Positions 16,399-25,976 of a stretch of DNA of 31,188 bases are shown here, piece after piece. The stretch's first letter is position 1. Each line of letters starts with the position of its first letter. Made by a program: the position numbers and the translations under genes. Under the pieces are notes generated by a model. The model made no database searches. It was not told the DNA's origin and saw only the letters and a program-made list of their open reading frames with translations. Source of the DNA: a virus (lineage: Duplodnaviria > Heunggongvirae > Uroviricota > Caudoviricetes); IMG/VR virus record IMGVR_UViG_2690316121_000008, positions 1 to 31,188 of that record, one strand, 5' to 3'.

Positions 16399-17026
16399 TA
16401 GCGATAATTTTACTCATCATCCTTCACATTTGGCTCTGTAGACAGGGTGGTGATCACTTCTGGAGTGAATCCAGATTAAACATCTCATTGCTGATGCTTG
16501 AAGTTGAGCATCTGGCGCGCGGTAAGGGGCTGCGTTGAAATAAGAGCCAGTCATTACAAATACCAGGATTTAGCCTCGTATTCGCGGGGCTTTTTATTGC
16601 CATTACAAAAGCCACTCCCTACAGAGTGGCTTTGATAATGGCTTATAGCCTACACGGGATAACTTAACTGATATCCCTTTTAACGGATAAAGGTATTCAA
16701 GCCTGACACATCATGCGCTGTATCGTCGCCGTATTCCCGTATTAACAGAGACCGTAGCCCGACGGGGAACTCCTTCTGCGAGAGTGTGCGGGAATAATCA
16801 AAAACGATGCACACCGGGTTTTTACCGCGTTTATGGTTCGCGGGTTTGTCCCTCATGCTCGCCAGTCCTGTGCGGGGGGGGAAGAAACAGGATACTCACA
16901 CAGATTCTTGTGCGAACGATGCTATTCCTTTCTGGATTATCCCGATGCCATTCATGCAAGGCGCTGTATCAGACGTTCGTCATGGCTGTCAGGCTGACGG
17001 GTCCTCCCGGTGGGGTGGGCTGCCAC

Positions 17027-17090
17027 GGGGCGGGAGCAGCGCGGAAAAAGGCTAGTTTTTGAAATTTTATTCGTCATCACCACTGCTGTA
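17027..17090. other. Putative cos site (cosN-like core GGGGCGG-GAGCAG-CGCGG plus downstream cosB-like elements)
   Basis: By eye this aligns with the lambda cos region as I recall it (GGGGCGG CGACCT CGCGG ... CTATTTATGAAAATTTT ... TTCGTCAT): here GGGGCGGGAGCAGCGCGG ... CTAGTTTTTGAAATTTTATTCGTCAT, ~190 bp upstream of the Nu1-like start. Confidence 0.45.
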
Positions 17091-17213
17091 ATTGATTGAT
17101 ATTACAGCGGTTTTATTTTTGCAGTGTCGATTTTGATTGTTTTTTGTTCATCACTAACACCGTTTGCCTAAAGTTGTTCGCAAGATGCATGTTTAAAACA
17201 TTCTGGAGCGGGT

Positions 17214-17708
17214 ATGGATCGAGAGTTAAAAAATCTGACGCTGAATATCAGTCAACTGGCGGCACTGTCAGGTGTACATCGCCAGACTGCTGCGGCAAGG
17301 CTGCAAAATCTACCCGTTGCAGGGGGGCATGAAAGCAACCTCAAGCTTTATCGGGTGGTTGATATTGTGTCGGCATTTCTGGCATTGCCACCGCCGGTTG
17401 CAGAAGGCGAAATGGACGCGCATGAGCGCAAAGCCTGGTATCAGTCTGAACGTGAGCGTCTTAAGTTCGAACAGGAAACGGCACAACTCATTCCGGCCAG
17501 TGATGTCAGACGGGAGTTTGCCATCTGGGCAAAAGCGGTCGTGCAGGTGCTGGAGACATTACCGGATATTCTGGAACGTGACTGCGGTCTGCAGCCTGCC
17601 GCTGTGAGCCGTGTTCAGTCCATTATTGATGATCTGCGCGATCAGATAGCCCTGCGGGTGACTGAAGCAGGTGCGGATGATGAGGAGGAATTACAGCAGG
17701 AGGAGTAA
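17214..17708 (+). CDS. Terminase small subunit (lambda Nu1-like)
   Basis: 164 aa; N-terminal winged-HTH (LTLNISQLAALSGVHRQTAA) and position immediately upstream of the large terminase; Shine-Dalgarno GGAGCGGG. Confidence 0.8.
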   Translation: MDRELKNLTLNISQLAALSGVHRQTAAARLQNLPVAGGHESNLKLYRVVDIVSAFLALPPPVAEGEMDAHERKAWYQSERERLKFEQETAQLIPASDVRREFAIWAKAVVQVLETLPDILERDCGLQPAAVSRVQSIIDDLRDQIALRVTEAGADDEEELQQEE

Positions 17709-19810
17709 TGCTGAATCAGGAAACCGCAAAGGCAGCACGAACCGATTCAGGTTATATCCTTCGCGCACCGAGACGAATGCGGGTTGCTGATGCCGTTGCT
17801 CAGTATATGCGGGTGCCCATGGGGGCAGGGAACTCAGTCCCGTGGGATCCGCTGGTGGCACCGTATGTTATTGAGCCGATGAACTGCCTGGCCTCGCGTG
17901 AATACGACGCAGTGATATTTGTTGGCCCGGCACGAACCGGCAAGACTATCGGCCTGATTGACGGCTGGGTGATTTACAACGTGATTTGCGATCCTGCTGA
18001 TATGCTGATCATTCAGATGACGGAGGAAAAAGCCCGCGAACACTCCAAAAAACGACTCGCCAGAACGTTTCGCGTCAGCCCGGAAGTGGTCAGTCGCCTG
18101 AGTCCGAACAAAAATGACAACAACGTTTATGACAGAACATTCCTTGCTGGTAACTACCTGAAAATCGGCTGGCCGTCAGTCAATATCATGTCCTCATCAG
18201 ATTATAAATGCGTCGCGCTGACGGATTATGACCGTTTTCCGGAAGATATTGATGGCGAGGGGGATGCTTTCTCTCTTGCCTCAAAACGTACCACCACATT
18301 TATGTCCAGCGGTATGACGTTGGTGGAGAGTTCCCCCGGCAGGGATGTGAAGGATGTGAAATGGCGACGGACTTCACCGCATGAGGCTCCACCAACCACG
18401 GGGATCCTGTCGCTCTATAACCGTGGTGATCGCCGTCGCTGGTACTGGCCCTGTCCACACTGTGGTGAGTATTTTCAGCCCTGCGGCGATGTGGTTGCTG
18501 GTTTCCGTGATATTGCCGATCCCGTGCTGGCAAGTGAGGCGGCTTATATTCAGTGTCCTTCCTGTTCAGGACGGATTATGCCTGAACAAAAACGCGAGCT
18601 GAACGGACGTGGGGTCTGGTTACGGGATGGTGAATCCATCAATGCAGATGGCAGTCGTTATGGTGATCCCCGGCGTTCACGTATTGCGTCATTCTGGATG
18701 GAGGGTCCGGCAGCTGCTTATCAGACACTCTCGCAACTCGTTTACAAACTGCTTACTGCAGAACAGGAATACGAGACAACCGGAAGTGAAGAGACACTCA
18801 AGACGGTTATCAATACCGACTGGGGATTACCTTATCTTCCCCGCGCCAGCATGGAGCAACGAAAAAGTGAATTGCTTGAGCAGCGGGCAGAGCCAGTTCC
18901 TTCCCGCAGTGTGCCGGATGGCGTTAATTTCCTTGTGGCGACAGTGGATGTGCAGGCGGGACGTCATCGCCGTTTTGTGGTTCAGGTAACGGGCTATGGC
19001 AGCCGTGGCGAACGCTGGATTATTGATCGTTACAACATCACGCAGTCATTGCGCGGTGACAGCGACGGGGAGAGCCAGCGAATTGATCCGGCCAGCTATC
19101 CGGAAGACTGGGATGTCCTGCTGACGGATGTTTTTCATAAAAGCTGGCCGCTGGCCTCCGACCCTTCTCAACAAATGCGACTGATGGCAATGGCGGTGGA
19201 CTCCGGCGGTGAAGACGGGGTCACTGATAATGCCTATAAATTCTGGCGTCGTTGCCGTCGTGATGGCCTTGGCAAACGTATTTACCTGTTTAAGGGCGAC
19301 AGCATCCGGCGCGCAAAACTGATCACCCGTACATTCCCTGATAACACCGGACGAACGGGCCGACGGGCGCAGGCCGCAGGTGATGTGCCGCTCTGGCTTC
19401 TTCAGACGGATGCCCTGAAAGACCGGGTGAATAACGCGTTATGGCGTGACTCGCCAGGTCCCGGCTATGTGCATTTCCCTGACTGGCTGGGGAGCTGGTT
19501 TTACGACGAACTGACGTATGAAGAGCGGAGCAGTGACGGGAAATGGAGTAAGCCGGGTCGCGGTGCCAACGAAGCTTTTGACCTGATGGTGTATGCCGAG
19601 GCTCTGGTCATTCTGCATGGATACGAAAAGATCCGCTGGCCGGATGCACCGGAGTGGGCGAGCCGGGAAACCTGGCTGGAGTGTGTCCCGGACAGTACCG
19701 AACCGTCACCCTCACCGGAACCGGTATCCACGCCTGTTAAAAAACAAAAACGGAAGAAAACAGTAACTGACGATGTTAACCCCTGGCTGACTTCCGGAGG
19801 ATGGTTATGA
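17708..19810 (+). CDS. Terminase large subunit (lambda gpA-like)
   Basis: 700 aa; Walker A-like VGPARTGKT; CPHCGEYFQ zinc-ribbon-like motif analogous to lambda gpA CPHCGEEQY; ATG overlaps upstream stop. Confidence 0.9.
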   Translation: MLNQETAKAARTDSGYILRAPRRMRVADAVAQYMRVPMGAGNSVPWDPLVAPYVIEPMNCLASREYDAVIFVGPARTGKTIGLIDGWVIYNVICDPADMLIIQMTEEKAREHSKKRLARTFRVSPEVVSRLSPNKNDNNVYDRTFLAGNYLKIGWPSVNIMSSSDYKCVALTDYDRFPEDIDGEGDAFSLASKRTTTFMSSGMTLVESSPGRDVKDVKWRRTSPHEAPPTTGILSLYNRGDRRRWYWPCPHCGEYFQPCGDVVAGFRDIADPVLASEAAYIQCPSCSGRIMPEQKRELNGRGVWLRDGESINADGSRYGDPRRSRIASFWMEGPAAAYQTLSQLVYKLLTAEQEYETTGSEETLKTVINTDWGLPYLPRASMEQRKSELLEQRAEPVPSRSVPDGVNFLVATVDVQAGRHRRFVVQVTGYGSRGERWIIDRYNITQSLRGDSDGESQRIDPASYPEDWDVLLTDVFHKSWPLASDPSQQMRLMAMAVDSGGEDGVTDNAYKFWRRCRRDGLGKRIYLFKGDSIRRAKLITRTFPDNTGRTGRRAQAAGDVPLWLLQTDALKDRVNNALWRDSPGPGYVHFPDWLGSWFYDELTYEERSSDGKWSKPGRGANEAFDLMVYAEALVILHGYEKIRWPDAPEWASRETWLECVPDSTEPSPSPEPVSTPVKKQKRKKTVTDDVNPWLTSGGWL

Positions 19811-20019
19811 ATCAGAATGATATTGAAGCCATGATTCAGCGTTATACGGAAGCTGAAATGGCGGTGCTTGACGGAAAATCCGTCACTTTTAATGGTCAGC
19901 AGATGACCATGGAAAACTTATCTGAGATCCGGCAGGGGCGGCAGGAGTGGGAGCGCCGCCTTGCGGCTCTGATTACACGACGACGTGGGCATCCCGGGTA
20001 CCGGCTGGCGAGGTTCTGA
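19807..20019 (+). CDS. gpW-like head-tail joining (head completion) protein
   Basis: 70 aa; position between terminase and portal; C-terminal RRRGHPGY resembles lambda W RRRGPAGF; ATG 19807 is 6 nt after GGAGG. Confidence 0.6.
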   Translation: MNQNDIEAMIQRYTEAEMAVLDGKSVTFNGQQMTMENLSEIRQGRQEWERRLAALITRRRGHPGYRLARF

Positions 20020-21527
20020 TGGCAATTCTTGATGATGTGATTGGCGTTTTTTCACCAGGATGGAAAGCGGCAAGGCTGCGTTCCCGTGCGGTGATCCAGG
20101 CTTATGAGGCCGTAAAAACGACGCGGACACACAAAGCCCGACGGGAGAACCGAACTGCCGACCAGTTAAGCCAGTACGGGGCCGTGTCGTTACGTGAGCA
20201 GGCCCGTTACCTTGATAACAACCACGATCTGGTCATTGGTGTATTTGACAAGCTGGAAGAACGGGTGGTGGGGAAAAACGGGATTATTGTCGAGCCACAT
20301 CCGGTATTACGCAATGGGGCCATTGCCCGTGATCTGGCAGCGGAGATACGTACCCGATGGAGTGAATGGTCTGTCAGTCCGGAGGTCACCGGGCAGTTTA
20401 CCCGTCCGATGCTGGAACGTCTGATGCTGCGTACCTGGCTGCGCGATGGTGAGGTGTTTGCCCAGATGGTTTCCGGGCGCATAAACAGCCTGACGCCTTC
20501 TGCCGGTGTTCATTTCTGGCTGGAGGCGCTTGAGCCGGACTTTATTCCCATGACCAGTGATGAGAGCAACAGGCTGAATCAGGGCGTGTTTGTTGATGAC
20601 TGGGGGCGTCCCGAAAAATATCTGGTGTATAAAAGTCGTCCTGTATCCGGACGGCAGATGGAAACCAAAGAAGTGGATGCAGAGCGAATGCTGCATCTTA
20701 AATTTGTTCGCCGTCTGCACCAGATGCGCGGGACGTCTTTATTGTCCGGTGTGCTGATCCGCCTCAGCGCCCTGAAAGAGTATGAAGATTCTGAGCTGAC
20801 TGCAGCAAGGATCGCCGCTGCTCTGGGGATGTACATCCGCAAAGGCGACGGACAGAGCTATGAAACGGATGGTAATGACAGCAAGGAGAATGAACGCGAG
20901 CTTACCATTCAGCCAGGCATTATTTACGACGATCTGAAACCCGGCGAAGAAATCGGAATGGTGAAGTCGGATCGCCCAAATCCTAACCTTGAAACTTTTC
21001 GTAATGGTCAGTTGCGTGCCGTGGCGGCGGGCAGTCGTCTGAGTTTTTCCAGTACAGCGCGCAACTATAACGGCACTTACAGCGCCCAGCGTCAGGAGCT
21101 GGTTGAATCTACTGATGGCTACCTGATCCTGCAGGACTGGTTTATTGGTGCCGTCACCCGCCCGATGTATCGTGCATGGCTGAAACAGGCTGTGGCATCC
21201 GGTGTTATCAGGCTACCCCGCGATCTTGATCGTTCTTCACTGTATACCGCGGTGTATTCCGGACCGGTGATGCCGTGGATTGACCCTGTTAAGGAGGCTG
21301 AGGCCTGGAAAATCCAGATTCGTGGTGGAGCGGCGACAGAATCAGACTGGGTACGTGCAGGTGGTCGTAATCCGGATGATGTCAAACGTCGGCGCAAGGC
21401 CGAAATTGATGAAAACCGCAAGCTGGACCTGGTATTTGATACCGATCCGGCCAGTGATAAAGGAGGCAGCAGTGCCGCAACGAAACGACAGGAGCCGCAG
21501 TACACCGACGACCAGTCCGAAGAATAA
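20019..21527 (+). CDS. Portal protein
   Basis: 502 aa, ATG overlapping the W-like stop; size and position (after terminase/W, before protease-capsid) typical of portal; not lambda B-like by eye. Confidence 0.8.
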   Translation: MAILDDVIGVFSPGWKAARLRSRAVIQAYEAVKTTRTHKARRENRTADQLSQYGAVSLREQARYLDNNHDLVIGVFDKLEERVVGKNGIIVEPHPVLRNGAIARDLAAEIRTRWSEWSVSPEVTGQFTRPMLERLMLRTWLRDGEVFAQMVSGRINSLTPSAGVHFWLEALEPDFIPMTSDESNRLNQGVFVDDWGRPEKYLVYKSRPVSGRQMETKEVDAERMLHLKFVRRLHQMRGTSLLSGVLIRLSALKEYEDSELTAARIAAALGMYIRKGDGQSYETDGNDSKENERELTIQPGIIYDDLKPGEEIGMVKSDRPNPNLETFRNGQLRAVAAGSRLSFSSTARNYNGTYSAQRQELVESTDGYLILQDWFIGAVTRPMYRAWLKQAVASGVIRLPRDLDRSSLYTAVYSGPVMPWIDPVKEAEAWKIQIRGGAATESDWVRAGGRNPDDVKRRRKAEIDENRKLDLVFDTDPASDKGGSSAATKRQEPQYTDDQSEE

Positions 21528-21540
21528 TTCCTGGTTCAGG

Positions 21541-23499
21541 ATGCAGGCTGGTCACCAGAGTGACGCGGATATTTATATTTATGACGAGATTGGTTTCTGG
21601 GGTGTTACAGCGAAGCAGTTTATCAGTGATCTGAATGCACTGGGCGATATCACCCACATTAATCTCCATATCAATTCACCGGGTGGCGATGTCTTTGAAG
21701 GCATCGCCATTTTTAATGCGCTGAAAACACATGGTGCGTCCATTACCGTTTATGTCGACGGTGTGGCGGCATCAATGGCGTCGGTCATTGCGATGGTGGG
21801 AAACCCGGTCATTATGCCGGAAAACACCTTCATGATGATTCATAAACCATTTGGCTTTACGGGCGGTGATGCGGAGGACATGCGCACCTATGCCGACCTG
21901 CTCGATAAAGTTGAGGCGGTTCTGTTACCCGCTTATGCACAGAAAACCGGGAAAACCACCGATGAAATTGCTGCCATGCTGGCGGATGAGACCTGGATGT
22001 CCGGTGCCGAATGTCTGGCACATGGATTTGCTGATCAGGTGACGCCAGCCGTTAAGGCAATGGCATGTATTCAGTCAAAACGTACAGAGGAATTTAAAAA
22101 GATGCCGGAATCCATTCGAAACATGATTACTCCGCCACGCAACAGTGCTCCACGCGTACAGGATAATGAACCTGCAGCTTCCCGGACGCCAGTGCAGGCA
22201 GCAGCACCCGTGGTGGATGAAAACAGTATCCGTGCGCAGGTACTGGCAGAGCAAAAAGCGCGTGTAAATGGTATTAATGATCTGTTTGCCATGTTTGGCG
22301 GGCGTTATCAGATGCTGCAGGCTCAGTGTCTTGCCGATCCTGAATGTTCGCTGGAGCAGGCCCGCGAAAAGCTGTTGAACGAGATGGGGCGCGAGTCCAC
22401 GCCATCCAATAAAAATACCCCGGCTCATATTTATGCCGGTAACGGTAATTTTGTGGGGGACGGGATCCGCCAGGCGCTGATGGCGCGTGCCGGATTTGAA
22501 AAAACCGAACGTGATAATGTCTACAACGGGATGACCCTGCGTGAATATGCCCGTATGTCACTGACTGAACGGGGTATTGGGGTTTCCGGTTATAACCCGA
22601 TGCAGATGGTCGGTGCGGCGTTCACACACAGTACGTCTGACTTCGGTAATATTCTGCTGGATGTTGCGAACAAAGCCATTCTGCAGGGCTGGGAAGATGC
22701 CCCTGAAACCTATGAACAGTGGACGCGGAAAGGTCAGTTGTCTGATTTTAAAATTGCCCATCGTGTGGGTATGGGGGGCTTCAGTGCTCTGCGTCAGGTG
22801 CGTGAAGGGGCGGAATATAAATACGTCACCACCGGAGATAAACAGGCCACTATTGCACTGGCGACCTATGGCGAGCTGTTCAGTATCACCCGTCAGGCCA
22901 TTATCAATGATGATCTGAATATGCTGACCGATGTCCCGATGAAACTGGGCCGTGCGGCGAAATCCACTATTGCCGATCTGGTTTATGCCATTCTGACGTC
23001 TAACCCGAAAATCTCCACAGATAATGTAAGTCTGTTCGATAAAGCGAAACATGCAAACGTACTGGAGAGCGCTGCAATGGACGTGGCATCGCTGGATAAA
23101 GCCCGCCAGTTGATGCGCGTTCAGAAAGAGGGGGAGCGTCATCTGAATATTCGTCCTGCGTTCGTACTGGTACCGACGGCGATGGAGTCTGTTGCTAACC
23201 AGGTCATTCGCTCCTCAAGTGTCAAGGGGGCTGACATTAACGCCGGTATTATTAACCCGGTGAAAGATTTTGCGACCGTTATTGCAGAGCCTCGTCTTGA
23301 TGATAACAGCCAGACCACCTTCTACCTGGCTGCGTCAAAAGGCTCCGATACGATTGAAGTGGCTTATCTCAACGGTGTGGATACGCCATATATTGATCAG
23401 ATGGAGGGCTTCAGTGTGGATGGCGTGACAACGAAAGTGCGTATTGACGCCGGTGTCGCGCCAGTTGATCACCGCGGTCTGGTGAAATGTACGGCGTAA
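21541..23499 (+). CDS. Fused prohead protease (ClpP/S49-like) - scaffold - major capsid protein
   Basis: 652 aa from ATG 21541; N-terminal ClpP-like segment (INSPGGDVFEGIAIFNAL...VDGVAASMASVIAMVG); long C-terminal capsid-like domain; the ORF track's upstream extension (from 21280) overlaps the portal and is rejected. Confidence 0.8.
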   Translation: MQAGHQSDADIYIYDEIGFWGVTAKQFISDLNALGDITHINLHINSPGGDVFEGIAIFNALKTHGASITVYVDGVAASMASVIAMVGNPVIMPENTFMMIHKPFGFTGGDAEDMRTYADLLDKVEAVLLPAYAQKTGKTTDEIAAMLADETWMSGAECLAHGFADQVTPAVKAMACIQSKRTEEFKKMPESIRNMITPPRNSAPRVQDNEPAASRTPVQAAAPVVDENSIRAQVLAEQKARVNGINDLFAMFGGRYQMLQAQCLADPECSLEQAREKLLNEMGRESTPSNKNTPAHIYAGNGNFVGDGIRQALMARAGFEKTERDNVYNGMTLREYARMSLTERGIGVSGYNPMQMVGAAFTHSTSDFGNILLDVANKAILQGWEDAPETYEQWTRKGQLSDFKIAHRVGMGGFSALRQVREGAEYKYVTTGDKQATIALATYGELFSITRQAIINDDLNMLTDVPMKLGRAAKSTIADLVYAILTSNPKISTDNVSLFDKAKHANVLESAAMDVASLDKARQLMRVQKEGERHLNIRPAFVLVPTAMESVANQVIRSSSVKGADINAGIINPVKDFATVIAEPRLDDNSQTTFYLAASKGSDTIEVAYLNGVDTPYIDQMEGFSVDGVTTKVRIDAGVAPVDHRGLVKCTA

Positions 23500-23585
23500 A
23501 CGTCGCAGACAACAACTCTGATGGCCCGTAAGGGCTTTTTTTGTACCTGAAATCAGCCCCTGAACGAGGCTGTGCGGAGACAGTT

Positions 23586-23909
23586 ATGGCAAAGAATTTT
23601 GTAGAAGAAGGAAAAACGGTGGCGATTGTTGCCAGTGCAGCCATCAGCAGCGGAGACCTGGTGCAGGTGGGTGATGTTTTTGCGGTGGCGCTGACCGATA
23701 TTCCACAGGGTGAAACAGGCGACGGCCTGACCGAAGGTGTGTTTATGCTGCCTAAGCTGAAAACGGATGACATGAAAACGGGTAAGAAGGTTTATCTGAA
23801 GTCCGGAAAAGTTCAGCTGACTAACAGCGGCTCTGATCCGCTGGTCGGGGTTGTCTGGGCAGATGCCGGAACCAGTGCAGAAGAAGTGCCGGTAAAACTC
23901 AATGTCTGA
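23586..23909 (+). CDS. Small head-associated protein (DUF2190-like, putative head decoration/fibre)
   Basis: 107 aa from ATG 23586 preceded by GGAGA; Gly/Val-rich beta-type composition; position immediately after the capsid gene. Confidence 0.45.
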   Translation: MAKNFVEEGKTVAIVASAAISSGDLVQVGDVFAVALTDIPQGETGDGLTEGVFMLPKLKTDDMKTGKKVYLKSGKVQLTNSGSDPLVGVVWADAGTSAEEVPVKLNV

Positions 23910-24177
23910 TCCCTTTTCCCGGCTGGCAGCGCGTATGGATGCGATCACGGTCAGAAAGATGGGAAAGACAGCCTCGATTAATGATGTCGATATGACTGTG
24001 ATCCCGGGAGAAACACTGGCAGAGCTGAATGCTCTGTCCGGATCTGCGGTCTCTCTGGTGGTGTTTTCTTCGGGATACCGCCCACGGCGCGGGGATCGCG
24101 TTGTTTATGACGGACAACATTGGACGGTCACACGGCATGAACGCTTTAACGGTAAGCCAATGATCTTTATTGAGTAA
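23902..24177 (+). CDS. Head-tail joining protein (lambda FII-like position)
   Basis: 91 aa; C-terminal RRGDRVVYDGQHWTVTRHERFNG resembles lambda FII C-terminus (RRGDTLTIGEENFWVDRV) as recalled; overlaps the upstream stop. Confidence 0.55.
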   Translation: MSDPFSRLAARMDAITVRKMGKTASINDVDMTVIPGETLAELNALSGSAVSLVVFSSGYRPRRGDRVVYDGQHWTVTRHERFNGKPMIFIE

Positions 24178-24188
24178 AGAGGTGTGGG

Positions 24189-24767
24189 ATGAAGGGGCTT
24201 GAGAATGCCATCCGCAATCTGAACAGCCTTGATACCCGTATGGTGCCACAGGCCAGCGCATGGGCGATAAACCGTGTGGCACAGAAAGCGGTCTCGGTTG
24301 CCACCCGGCAGGTTGCCGGGAATACCGTTGCGGGAGATAACCAGGTGAAAGGGATACCCCTGAAACTGGTACGTCAGCGTGTCCGGGTGTTTAAAGCCAG
24401 TCCGTCAGGAAAAATGACGGCCAGGATCCGCGTTAACCGGGGCAATCTGCCTGCCATTAAGCTGGGGACCGCCCGGGTCAGACTGACCCGGCGTGGTGGA
24501 AAACTGCAGTACCGTGGCAGCGTGCTGAAGGTGGGTAAATATCTTTTCCGGGATGCGTTTATTCAGCAACTGGCGAATGGTCGCTGGCATGTGATGCGGC
24601 GTATTGATGGCAAAAATCGTTACCCCATTGATGTGGTGAAAATCCCTCTGTCCGGACCGCTGACACAGGCATTTGAAGATGCCCGCGACCGCATCATTGC
24701 TGCGGAAATGCCGAAACAGCTGGGGTATGCACTGAAACAACAACTGAGATTATGGCTGACCCGATGA
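24189..24767 (+). CDS. Z: Tail completion protein Z (lambda gpZ homologue)
   Basis: 192 aa; N-terminus MKGLENAIRNLNSLDTRMVPQASAWAINRVAQKAV nearly identical to lambda Z as recalled; same length as lambda Z. Confidence 0.85.
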   Translation: MKGLENAIRNLNSLDTRMVPQASAWAINRVAQKAVSVATRQVAGNTVAGDNQVKGIPLKLVRQRVRVFKASPSGKMTARIRVNRGNLPAIKLGTARVRLTRRGGKLQYRGSVLKVGKYLFRDAFIQQLANGRWHVMRRIDGKNRYPIDVVKIPLSGPLTQAFEDARDRIIAAEMPKQLGYALKQQLRLWLTR

Positions 24768-25165
24768 ACCGACATACACAAATCCGCCAGGTCGTACTGG
24801 CACGCCTTCGGGAACAGTGTGGAGACAGCGCCACGTTTTTTGACGGGCTTCCGGCATTTATTGATGCGCAGGAACTGCCTGCCGTGGCGGTGTGGCTGAG
24901 TGATGCTCAGTACACCGGAAAAATGACGGATGAAGATGACTGGCAGGCTGTTCTGCATATTGCCGTCTTCATCCGGGCACAGGCACCGGATTCAGAGCTG
25001 GATATGTGGATGGAGAGCACCATTTTTCCTGCCCTGAATGATATACCGGCACTTTCCGGACTCATCGACACCCTGATCCCACTCGGTTTTAACTATCAAC
25101 GTGATAATGAGATGGCCACCTGGGCGATGGCGGAAATCACGTACCAGATCACGTACACGAATTAA
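24764..25165 (+). CDS. U: Tail terminator protein U (lambda gpU homologue)
   Basis: 133 aa from ATG overlapping the Z stop (ATGA); ATFFDG, ELPAVAVWLSDAQYTG, PDSELDMWMES, DIPALSGLI match lambda U (upstream ATG 24752 is an alternative). Confidence 0.85.
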   Translation: MNRHTQIRQVVLARLREQCGDSATFFDGLPAFIDAQELPAVAVWLSDAQYTGKMTDEDDWQAVLHIAVFIRAQAPDSELDMWMESTIFPALNDIPALSGLIDTLIPLGFNYQRDNEMATWAMAEITYQITYTN

Positions 25166-25175
25166 GGAGGTGGTA

Positions 25176-25919
25176 ATGACCACACCAAATCCACTGGCAA
25201 AGACGAAAGGTGCGGGGACGACGTTCTGGATGTATACCGGCAACGGCGATGCGTTTGCGAATCCTTTGTCGGACACTGACTGGCTGCGTCTTGCGATGGT
25301 GAAGGATCTGCAACCTGGCGAAATGACCGCTGATGCAGAAGATGACACTTATCTCGATGATGAAGATGCAGACTGGAAAACGACAACCCAGGGGCAGAAA
25401 TCCGTCGGTGATACTTCGGCGACGCTGGCCTGGCGTCCGGGTGACAGCGGACAGAAAAAACTGGTTCAGTTGTTCGACTCCGGTGAAGTCTGCGCGTTTC
25501 GTATCAAATATCCCAACGGTACTGTTGATGTTTTCCGTGGCTGGCTGAGTTCACTGGGTAAAACCATTGCCTCAAAAGACGTGATGACCCGCACCGTGAA
25601 AATCAGCGGTGTGGGGCGTCCATATCTGGCAGAGGAGGGCACTGAAACCGTGGGCGTTACCGGGCTGACGGTGGCACCGGCATCCGCCAGTGTCAATGTG
25701 GGAGCAACCACCACGCTGACCTTTACAGTAAAACCTGACGGAGCCAGTGACAAAGCGATCAGTGTGCATTCGACAGATCCACAGACTGCCACGGTGACCC
25801 TGAACGGGCTTGTGGCCACGGTGAAAGGCGTGAAGCAGGGCAGTGTCAGCATTGTGGGCATGACTTCTGACGGCGATTTTGTGGCAGTGGCTACGGTGGC
25901 TGTCAGCGCCGCAGGTTAA
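25176..25919 (+). CDS. V: Major tail tube protein V (lambda gpV homologue, with C-terminal Ig-like domain)
   Basis: AAGGAGG Shine-Dalgarno then ATG 25176; 247 aa; NPLAKTKGAGTTFW, ANPLSDTDWLRLA, YLDDEDADWKTT, FRIKYPNGTVDVFRGW match lambda V closely. Confidence 0.9.
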   Translation: MTTPNPLAKTKGAGTTFWMYTGNGDAFANPLSDTDWLRLAMVKDLQPGEMTADAEDDTYLDDEDADWKTTTQGQKSVGDTSATLAWRPGDSGQKKLVQLFDSGEVCAFRIKYPNGTVDVFRGWLSSLGKTIASKDVMTRTVKISGVGRPYLAEEGTETVGVTGLTVAPASASVNVGATTTLTFTVKPDGASDKAISVHSTDPQTATVTLNGLVATVKGVKQGSVSIVGMTSDGDFVAVATVAVSAAG

Positions 25920-25940
25920 CAGGACGATACTCATCATTTG

Positions 25941-25964
25941 CCCCGGTTATCCGGGGCTTTTTTG
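25941..25964 (+). terminator. Hairpin plus T-run immediately after the major tail gene (partial terminator/attenuator)
   Basis: CCCCGG-TTAT-CCGGGG followed by CTTTTTTG, between V and G. Confidence 0.5.
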
Positions 25965-25976
25965 CAGGTGGAGAAC

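Noticed and set aside
16784-17062. Overlapping 92-aa and 82-aa plus-strand ORFs upstream of the terminase
   Set aside because: Cys/Gly/Arg-rich junk-like translations without ribosome-binding sites, covering the predicted cos region; judged non-coding.
21280-21540. Upstream extension of the protease-capsid ORF
   Set aside because: Overlaps the 3' end of the portal gene in another frame; the first ATG after the portal stop (21541) is the sensible start.
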